Shown: piece by piece, positions 1 through 5,558 of the stretch
Position numbering within the stretch: position 1 is the first letter of the stretch
Layout of the letters: the number at the start of each line of letters is the position of its first letter
DNA from: a virus
DNA length: 19,157 nt
Strand: one strand, 5' to 3'
IMG/VR virus record: IMGVR_UViG_3300045988_018683
Made by a program: the position numbers and the translations under genes
Notes under the pieces: generated by a model
Databases searched by the model: none
What the model was told of the DNA's origin: nothing
What the model saw: the letters and a program-made list of their open reading frames with translations, nothing else

Positions 1-111
1 GTGGGAGGGGTGTGGGTTTGTGTGAAGATTTTCCCTTGTGGTTTTTTTTATTTGTGTATTATTTTTTTTTGTTCTGTGACTTCGTTGTCGTTTTGTTTTG
101 TTTATGTCTCT

Positions 112-140
112 ATTATATTTTTTTTACGCTTGCATGTCAA
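112..140 (-). promoter_or_regulatory. Outward-facing consensus sigma70-type promoter in the left ITR (TTGACA-17 nt-TATAAT)
   Basis: On the - strand, TTGACA lies at 140-135 and TATAAT at 117-112, with a 17-nt spacer. It points toward genome end 1. The mirror copy is on the + strand at 19018-19046. Confidence 0.6.
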
Positions 141-149
141 GTTTTTTTA

Positions 150-164
150 TTTTCGGGCGTGTCG
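150..164. repeat. 15-mer TTTTCGGGCGTGTCG, repeated at 330-344 (both copies inside the ITR)
   Basis: Exact 15-nt direct repeat, copies 180 bp apart. The second copy covers the -35 region of the inward ITR promoter. Confidence 0.8.
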
Positions 165-174
165 TTTTTTTTTA

Positions 175-252
175 TTGACGTTGTGTCAATGGTTGTATGT
201 GCAACAATCTATGTTGACGTTGTGTCAATGGTTGTATATGCAACAATGTGTG
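175..252. repeat. Two tandem 39-bp direct repeats inside the ITR (mirror copy 18906-18983)
   Basis: TTGACGTTGTGTCAATGGTTGTAT(G/A)TGCAACAAT occurs at 175-213 and 214-252. Each unit carries the small dyads TTGAC-N5-GTCAA and GTTG-N6-CAAC. Confidence 0.9.
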
Positions 253-261
253 TCCTGCTAG

Positions 262-283
262 GTTACGGTTACGTAACCGTAAC
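262..283. promoter_or_regulatory. Perfect 22-bp palindrome in the ITR, candidate operator (mirror copy 18875-18896)
   Basis: GTTACGGTTAC|GTAACCGTAAC is fully self-complementary. It is built from two GGTTAC units followed by two GTAAC(C) units. Confidence 0.85.
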
Positions 284-356
284 TTACTGCTCGTCCTGTG
301 GTTGTTTTTTATTGTTTTGCTGTGTTTTGTTTTCGGGCGTGTCGCCGTTTTGTTTG

Positions 357-365
357 TGTTATAGT
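357..365 (+). promoter_or_regulatory. Inward-facing extended -10 promoter in the left ITR (TGTTATAGT); mirror copy on the - strand at 18793-18801
   Basis: A TGn plus TATAGT element lies about 30 nt upstream of the SD AAGGAAAGGA and the ATG at the inner ITR edge. Confidence 0.5.
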
Positions 366-396
366 GTAGTTATCAAGTTCAAGGAAAGGAAATAAA

Positions 397-483
397 ATGA
401 ACATACTAGGGGTTGATGTTTATAACGATAATGCAATACCGGTTGATTTGGTTGTCGTTAAACGTGCTGAAAGAGGAGAATAA
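397..483 (+). CDS. Hypothetical 28-aa early micro-protein (MNILGVDVYNDNAIPVDLVVVKRAERGE)
   Basis: Its ATG is the last part of the ITR and is preceded by the ITR-encoded SD AAGGAAAGGA. Amino-acid composition is balanced. It is too short for the ORF track. Confidence 0.25.
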   Translation: MNILGVDVYNDNAIPVDLVVVKRAERGE

Positions 484-485
484 AT

Positions 486-554
486 ATGTTTGCTTCTGTC
501 CTTATTATTTGCGCGTGTGTTGTTGGTGTTGTTGTCGTTTTTGGTATGATATAG
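486..554 (+). CDS. Hypothetical 22-aa hydrophobic peptide (MFASVLIICACVVGVVVVFGMI)
   Basis: A strong SD AGAGGAG lies 7 nt upstream of ATG 486. The product is a single hydrophobic stretch. Confidence 0.25.
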   Translation: MFASVLIICACVVGVVVVFGMI

Positions 555-556
555 GG

Positions 557-754
557 GTGGTTGTTTTGGTGGTCTTTCGGTTTATTGGGTGCGCGATTTT
601 GTTTTTCGCGCTTGTGGTGGGTGTTTCTCTTGCTGTTGTCGGCTTGAGTGATTCCGTGCATAATGATTTTCGTGATGTAATGTCTTTTATTGCCATCACG
701 GTGACATTGTGTTTGGTTGCCGTCGCCCTATTGGTTTTCCTTTATAATATATGA
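557..754 (+). CDS. Hypothetical small membrane protein (two hydrophobic segments); start uncertain
   Basis: This is the C-terminal part of track ORF 413-754. GTG 557 is my guess for the start. The upstream part translates to Cys/Trp/Phe-rich text typical of T-rich DNA. Confidence 0.3.
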   Translation: MVVLVVFRFIGCAILFFALVVGVSLAVVGLSDSVHNDFRDVMSFIAITVTLCLVAVALLVFLYNI

Positions 755-772
755 TTGGGAAGGATGGTTGAA

Positions 773-1018
773 ATGTGTATGAATGATATGAATGTCGCTG
801 TGTTTACGTCACCTTTTATGGGTGGTGGTGTGCGCTTGTGGTATTGTCCTCATGGACATCGGTACGAACTTAGGTATGCTGTCCGTGTTCGCACTTCGAC
901 TGGTTTTTGCGATGCTAAGGCATTGTGCGCATATGACGCGTGCGACCTTTCTCAGGTGGCCGATTTGATGTTGGACGCTATTGACATTGCCCGTACGCCG
1001 CTCTTGGATAGGGAGTAG
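773..1018 (+). CDS. Hypothetical early protein (81 aa)
   Basis: ORF 755-1018. ATG 773 lies 8 nt after GGAAGGA. No family recognised. Confidence 0.5.
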   Translation: MCMNDMNVAVFTSPFMGGGVRLWYCPHGHRYELRYAVRVRTSTGFCDAKALCAYDACDLSQVADLMLDAIDIARTPLLDRE

Positions 1019-1020
1019 TC

Positions 1021-1224
1021 ATGTATTTCCGTGGTTGGCTGCATTCGTGGATATGCGGCACGTGTCCGAACGCTGATAGTTATTGGCGACTGCGTGCGTT
1101 TTGGGCCGGTAGGCAGCATAAGCGTAGCGCCACTAATCCGCCGAAACGGTGCCCTGACCGGCAATTGTGGGCGGCCATGTGGATATATGGTGACAGTGAT
1201 TTCGTAGACGAATTGGAGTTTTGA
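1021..1224 (+). CDS. Hypothetical early protein (67 aa)
   Basis: ATG follows directly after the upstream stop, with AGGGAG 5 nt upstream. No family recognised. Confidence 0.45.
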   Translation: MYFRGWLHSWICGTCPNADSYWRLRAFWAGRQHKRSATNPPKRCPDRQLWAAMWIYGDSDFVDELEF

Positions 1225-1227
1225 GAC

Positions 1228-1404
1228 ATGTATAGCACTTTCGTTGCTCTCGCATACTTAAGGGATGTGAGTAAACCGCCTATCGAGGTGGGTTACTCGT
1301 CTTCTTACGAGGGTGCGTCGGACTTGATTAAACGGTGGGCGGCCATCCGCTCTCATACGGAGAATATCAGCTATTTTCGCGTTGAGGAACGGTATTATGT
1401 TTAG
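1228..1404 (+). CDS. Hypothetical early protein (58 aa, MYSTFVALAYLRDVSKPP...)
   Basis: Not in the track because it is under 60 aa. GGAG lies about 9 nt upstream. Its end overlaps the next start by 8 nt (ATGTTTAG). Confidence 0.4.
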   Translation: MYSTFVALAYLRDVSKPPIEVGYSSSYEGASDLIKRWAAIRSHTENISYFRVEERYYV

Positions 1405-1915
1405 GCGCGGTGATGACAGGCGGCCTATCTACCGTATGCGTGACTTCGATGATTCCATCATGGAAAGCAAGCGTATTGCCTGCGCCACGAAAGGCCATAA
1501 GCGTGAGTTGAACTTGAAGCGTTTCGACATGGGTGTTGGTGATTTTGAAACGTGCTGCCGTGCAGTGAACATGCTATGCGAACTATGGCGTGACGCACCT
1601 AGCGCATGGTTTACGCAAGCGGTGGTTACGGTGTCGCAGATTTGCGGGAGCATGTGTATCGGCGATGGACTCGCCGCCGCATTGTCTCGCACGTATGATG
1701 TGGAATATTTGGACGGTTCCGTCAATCCCCCTAATTTGATTGCATGGTGCGCCGTCTGTGCCGTCAAGGGCGGGACTTCGTATGACTGTTGTACGATTTT
1801 TGACAACCCGCAGGCGCGAAACCTGATTATCGCCGTATTTAAAAATTTTGACAGACTGGACACGAAGCGATATAATGACAATGAATTGCAAAAAATCTTA
1901 CTGCAAGGGAGGTAA
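1397..1915 (+). CDS. Cys-rich hypothetical early protein (172 aa, 10 Cys)
   Basis: Track ORF 1382-1915. ATG 1397 lies 8 nt after GAGGA. Cys clusters are CC, CxxxC, CxxC and CC. Confidence 0.6.
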   Translation: MFRRGDDRRPIYRMRDFDDSIMESKRIACATKGHKRELNLKRFDMGVGDFETCCRAVNMLCELWRDAPSAWFTQAVVTVSQICGSMCIGDGLAAALSRTYDVEYLDGSVNPPNLIAWCAVCAVKGGTSYDCCTIFDNPQARNLIIAVFKNFDRLDTKRYNDNELQKILLQGR

Positions 1916-1919
1916 AAAA

Positions 1920-2234
1920 TTGGCTAGAACCAAAACCGATATTTTCCGCACGCGAGTCTATGCCGTGCTCAAGGGGATGGAATTGGTTGACGGTGATTTT
2001 ATGGAAGCTGAGCATGTTATCGATGGGCGTTTAAAAGACGAACGTGCGTATTCGGTTCGTGCGAAAAGACTGTTTCCGAATTTTATTCCGCGGTCCATCA
2101 ACATTTTTTCGCAAAAAGTTTCCATGGATGAGGAAACTTTTTACAAGTATGCGACTTTCGAGAAACCTCAAGAATGGAAACCGGAAGAGCATACAAAACG
2201 ACACGCCGAAGTTGAAAATAACGAAGACGTGTGA
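1920..2234 (+). CDS. Putative phi29 p6-like double-stranded DNA-binding (histone-like) protein, 104 aa
   Basis: TTG 1920 lies 7 nt after the strong SD AGGGAGG and just after the upstream stop. Size, acidic C-terminal tail (EVENNEDV), position immediately upstream of the SSB, and patches such as MELVDGDF and ETFYKYATF resemble my recollection of phi29 p6. Confidence 0.4.
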   Translation: MARTKTDIFRTRVYAVLKGMELVDGDFMEAEHVIDGRLKDERAYSVRAKRLFPNFIPRSINIFSQKVSMDEETFYKYATFEKPQEWKPEEHTKRHAEVENNEDV

Positions 2235-2240
2235 TATAAA
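2232..2240 (+). promoter_or_regulatory. Extended -10-like element TGATATAAA upstream of the SSB gene
   Basis: TGn plus TATAAA, overlapping the TGA stop of the upstream gene. Confidence 0.35.
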
Positions 2241-2296
2241 AGATTTTAGGCATAAGCCTGAAAATAAAATAACAACAATCTAGGAAAGGTTAAACA

Positions 2297-2731
2297 ATGG
2301 AAAACAACAATAACGCACTCGTCGCATTCAACACCGAAAACACCGAACTCGGCACCGTCCAGCACTTCATTGACACTTCGACGCGCGAAGGCAAAATCAA
2401 GCTCTACAGCGCATTGCAGAACGCCGAAAAGCTCGACGAACACCTTAACGAGCCGTTGAACATGACGAACGCCGTAGCCCAGTCCGTGCAGGTGACCGAC
2501 GAACAGACTGGCGAAATCTCCAACACCGTGCGCGTTATTATCGTAACCGATGACAACAAGGCGTATGCGGCCACCTCCCCGACTCTTGCCGCAGGACTTA
2601 ATACCATGTTCGGTATCTTCGGCACGCCGAACACTTGGACGGAACCGTTGTGCATCAAGGTGGTGGAACGCCGTTCCCGCCGCGGGTTCAAGTTTTTCAG
2701 TATCGAGCCGGTGGACGAGGAAGCCAAGTGA
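2297..2731 (+). CDS. Single-stranded DNA-binding protein, phi29 p5-like
   Basis: SD GGAAAGG. EGKIKLYSA, the central TGE...V..I..DD...Y.A.S pattern and the C-terminal IKVVERRSRRGFKFFSI parallel phi29 p5 (EGQIKIFNA ... VKVVQGTSSKGNVFFSL). It sits upstream of the TP and polymerase genes. Confidence 0.65.
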   Translation: MENNNNALVAFNTENTELGTVQHFIDTSTREGKIKLYSALQNAEKLDEHLNEPLNMTNAVAQSVQVTDEQTGEISNTVRVIIVTDDNKAYAATSPTLAAGLNTMFGIFGTPNTWTEPLCIKVVERRSRRGFKFFSIEPVDEEAK

Positions 2732-2734
2732 ACT

Positions 2735-2743
2735 TGCTATAAT
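2735..2743 (+). promoter_or_regulatory. Extended -10 promoter TGCTATAAT upstream of the terminal protein / polymerase genes
   Basis: Perfect TGnTATAAT just after the SSB stop codon. It is bracketed by the 8-bp inverted repeat GTGAACTT (2728-2735) / AAGTTCAC (2752-2759). Confidence 0.5.
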
Positions 2744-2762
2744 CACAATGTAAGTTCACCAT

Positions 2763-2788
2763 GAGAGCACCCCTTGTTGGGTGCTCTC
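2763..2788 (+). terminator. 10-bp perfect hairpin between the SSB and TP genes (weak terminator or attenuator)
   Basis: GAGAGCACCC-cttgtt-GGGTGCTCTC followed by TCTATCT, which is only a weak U-tract. Confidence 0.35.
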
Positions 2789-2810
2789 TCTATCTGAAAG
2801 GACTGCAACC

Positions 2811-3893
2811 ATGTCACGGAAGAGGGAGAAACCAGCCCCCCGCGCAGTCGTATCACAGAACTATCGCACCCACCAAAAACCGGATATCAGCAACGTCGCC
2901 ATCAAAGCCGATAAGCAGCAGCGCAAGCAGTATCAGCAGCAGCGCAAGCACCTCAAGAAGATTCAGGCCGCGCAGGCACGCGCCGCACGCGACATCAAGC
3001 AACTCGGCGCCTACTCCCACTCAAATCTCGCCAAAACCGCGGACAAACAACTAGTCAACATCGCCAAAACCTTGGGCAAGGAGTGGGAGAAGCAGAAGAA
3101 ACAAGCCATAGCGGAAGCGAAAGCAACACCATATCACGACACCGCCGTGGAAAAGCCGACGAAAAAAGACTACATATTTGCCCAGCGCACGCCCATCACC
3201 GACGAGCAAATCGACTCGGAACCCGTGGCAAAACGCCGCAAACTCCTGCGTCAACAGCAGAGGAAAATCAATGCGGCGCGACGTAAAATCAACGAATGGA
3301 ACAAGTCTCAAGCCATGCCCGCGAAAAGCGTGTATGAGCAGCGTGTGGCCGAAATCACCGGAACCACAGGCGAGGGTTTCGGACGCAATCAGATAATCCC
3401 ATCAAAACTCACGGACTTTCTGCAAATGACCAACGTCCTATCAGACGAAGCGTTTGTGCGCAGCCAATTGGAGAGCGGACACCGTAACGAACTGCTTGAG
3501 CAGATGCACGATGCCGCAAAAATCCTCGGACTTAGGACGGAACAAAAACGTAAACCGTCCAAAAAGCGGAGAACCGGCAAACAGAGCAAAGACTTGTATA
3601 ATGAACATGATTGGCCATCGTACATGTCGCGTGGACGCTATGAGGTTTTCGAGAAAATCTTGGCCACCACGCTCGGCTCGAAACGGTTGAAACGGTTCCG
3701 CCAACTTTCAGACGCGCAAAAACGCGCGTTTATCGAACAGACGGACGCACCTCGAATCGTATTCGACTGGACGGTATATGACCCAGTACGGCACGGTTTT
3801 ACTTCGGTGTTCAGAGATAACAGCAAGGGCTATCAGCGTTCGCGACGGCAGTTTGACCGGTGGTTGGCCGAAGCGGCCGCGTTGGGAAAGTAG
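2811..3893 (+). CDS. Putative terminal protein (primer for protein-primed replication), 360 aa
   Basis: ATG 2811 follows AAAGGA. The protein is very basic (K/R/Q rich) and lies immediately upstream of the protein-primed polymerase, as phi29 gene 3 does. The genome has ITRs. No direct motif was recognised. Confidence 0.6.
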   Translation: MSRKREKPAPRAVVSQNYRTHQKPDISNVAIKADKQQRKQYQQQRKHLKKIQAAQARAARDIKQLGAYSHSNLAKTADKQLVNIAKTLGKEWEKQKKQAIAEAKATPYHDTAVEKPTKKDYIFAQRTPITDEQIDSEPVAKRRKLLRQQQRKINAARRKINEWNKSQAMPAKSVYEQRVAEITGTTGEGFGRNQIIPSKLTDFLQMTNVLSDEAFVRSQLESGHRNELLEQMHDAAKILGLRTEQKRKPSKKRRTGKQSKDLYNEHDWPSYMSRGRYEVFEKILATTLGSKRLKRFRQLSDAQKRAFIEQTDAPRIVFDWTVYDPVRHGFTSVFRDNSKGYQRSRRQFDRWLAEAAALGK

Positions 3894-3920
3894 CTGACGG
3901 CAAACAAGGGAAGTTGTACC

Positions 3921-5372
3921 ATGACCATGCAAGACAAACGAGTGGGATTATGGTGCGCGGATAACGCCATACGCTTTACGGACGGCACCGTCATGCGTGA
4001 CATTACCGCGCCCAATCGTCTGCTGGCGTCTATCATGTCGGGCGGCAAACTCACCGTCTACGTGACTAACCCCGACATACTAGACCCATTCATTGCGCAT
4101 GTCGTACATTTCCTCCCGCACGACGAACATAATGCTAACCTGAGCTGGGACTCCATTACCTCGAAAAAGGGAAAATTTTTCAGCTTCACGGTACGTATCG
4201 ACCGTGAAAATTACGTCCGTTTTTTCGACATATCGAATCTTTTACGCGAGAATTGCCGTCTGACCATGACCGACACCCAGCTACTCAGTATCTTGCGTGA
4301 GTACGATAATCGCGGATTGTGCAAAATCACCGCGGGCGGTGCGAGTATGGAGGCTTTCGCCGCTGGCGAGTGGAAATGGTATTACGACAAATTCCCACAA
4401 CTCGGAACCGAAACCAAGAAGTCATTACATGACGCCTATATCGGCGGCTTCATGCTCGCCAAGGAAGGGACTTATGGCAAGGCTATCGACGTTGACTGTA
4501 ATAGCATGTATCCAAGTATTTTGCGGGACGAGTGGCTGCCGTGGGGCGAACCGGAACCATATGAAGGCAAGTACGAGGAAGATACCGATATGCCGTTGCA
4601 TTGCGATGAAATCACGTTTCGTGCGGAACTCAAGCCGGACGGATACCCTTTTCTATTGGACAATCGTAGTATCTACGGGCTGAATCGACTTACTTCGACC
4701 CGTGGCTACATCACGCGCGTATTGACGGATATCGACCAACGATTGCTTTACGAAAACTATGACGTGAGCGTCTACAAGCATGTTAGGGGGTGGAAATTCC
4801 GCCGCTCCAAGGGGTTTTTTCGCTCGTTCGTTGACGAATGGGGAGAATTGAAACAGCGGACGACGGGCGAAAAACGGCAGATGGCGAAACTCATTATGAA
4901 CGCTCTTGTAGGCAAGATGGCGAGTCTGCCAAAAGGTGCCGTCATGCTCCCACTATCCAAAGACGGCATAACCTTGGATTGGGGTGTCGCCCAGCGTGAG
5001 GAGTCGAACCTGAAAACCGACTACTTACCAGTTCCCGTTTGGGTCAACGCCCACGCACGCCGCAGGCTTATGTACGTGTGCCATGCCAACTCTGACCGGC
5101 TCTTGTATGCGAACACGGACGGTTGTATTTTGAGCGGTTGGGGTCCTGCGAAATCATGTGACATCCACCCGACCGAACTTGGCAAATGGAAAATAGCCGC
5201 CCAATACGAAAAACTGACCATCCTTGGAATGAACCGTTATCAAGGGTGGCGGGATGACGGGGAAGTTGACGTCTGCATGGCCGGAAACATGTTATCGCAC
5301 CCTATCCCCTATGACCAATTCCAGCATGGGACGCAGGTCGTGGACGATTACGGGACAATTGTCATGTTATAA
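3921..5372 (+). CDS. Protein-primed family-B DNA polymerase (phi29 gp2-like), compact at 483 aa
   Basis: Recognisable motifs are GLCKITAGGASMEAF, AYIGGF (YxGG), motif A DVDCNSMYPS, LPWGEPEPYEGKY, motif B KLIMNALVGK, motif C YANTDG and KLGKWK. All are collinear with phi29 DNA polymerase. Confidence 0.9.
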   Translation: MTMQDKRVGLWCADNAIRFTDGTVMRDITAPNRLLASIMSGGKLTVYVTNPDILDPFIAHVVHFLPHDEHNANLSWDSITSKKGKFFSFTVRIDRENYVRFFDISNLLRENCRLTMTDTQLLSILREYDNRGLCKITAGGASMEAFAAGEWKWYYDKFPQLGTETKKSLHDAYIGGFMLAKEGTYGKAIDVDCNSMYPSILRDEWLPWGEPEPYEGKYEEDTDMPLHCDEITFRAELKPDGYPFLLDNRSIYGLNRLTSTRGYITRVLTDIDQRLLYENYDVSVYKHVRGWKFRRSKGFFRSFVDEWGELKQRTTGEKRQMAKLIMNALVGKMASLPKGAVMLPLSKDGITLDWGVAQREESNLKTDYLPVPVWVNAHARRRLMYVCHANSDRLLYANTDGCILSGWGPAKSCDIHPTELGKWKIAAQYEKLTILGMNRYQGWRDDGEVDVCMAGNMLSHPIPYDQFQHGTQVVDDYGTIVML

Positions 5373-5373
5373 T
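5365..5373 (+). promoter_or_regulatory. Extended -10 promoter TGTTATAAT overlapping the polymerase stop codon
   Basis: Perfect TGnTATAAT. The polymerase TAA stop is at 5370-5372. Confidence 0.45.
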
Positions 5374-5379
5374 GTCTAG

Positions 5380-5550
5380 TGTCTTCACGAGCGTCGATTT
5401 TCGGCTGGGGAACAACACGGGTCGGACTGCCACGGCTGAAAACGCCGCCGACCGTGAACATCACTATCGTGGCGGTAGTGCCCTACGATTTTCACTTCGC
5501 GCTCACATAGGACAGTTAGACCCCGCGCGATTGCGGGGTCATTTATTTTC
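5380..5550 (+). ncRNA. Candidate structured non-coding RNA of about 165-170 nt (possible pRNA-like RNA, or the early-operon 3' UTR)
   Basis: Bounded by the promoter at 5365-5373 and the intrinsic terminator at 5519-5550. There is no ATG between 5375 and 5557 and no SD. Hand-found helices lie at 5416-5456 (with a 7-nt bulge) and 5466-5489. Confidence 0.35.
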
Positions 5551-5552
5551 TC
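5519..5552 (+). terminator. Rho-independent terminator ending the early region
   Basis: GACCCCGC-gcgatt-GCGGGGTC followed by ATTTATTTTCT. Confidence 0.8.
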
Positions 5553-5558
5553 GCCGCA

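Larger units (their letters stand above)
1..400. repeat. Left inverted terminal repeat (ITR) of a linear replicon
   Basis: Bases 1-392 are the reverse complement of 18766-19157. I checked this by eye, and the ITR-internal ORFs in two frames translate identically at both ends. After a 2-nt A indel the match continues through ATAAAATGA to 400 / 18756. The 5'-ending strand is strongly G+T rich. Confidence 0.95.

Noticed and set aside
175-252. The 39-bp tandem repeats as a possible CRISPR array
   Set aside because: There are only two directly adjacent copies with no spacers, they are located in an ITR, and there are no cas genes.
1-395. Track ORFs 1-261 and 12-395 (and their mirror copies 18897-19157 and the N-terminal 129 residues of 18559-19146) inside the ITRs
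   Set aside because: Their Phe/Cys/Val/Leu-rich translations are what T/G-rich DNA yields in any frame. They have no SD. They are duplicated only because the DNA is an inverted repeat, and the region is full of promoter and operator-like elements.
2761-3054. 97-aa ORF in an alternative frame, and the 2781 start for the terminal protein gene
   Set aside because: Both start inside the 2763-2788 hairpin. ATG 2811 has an SD, and the alternative frame gives a Ser/Pro/Arg-rich shadow translation.
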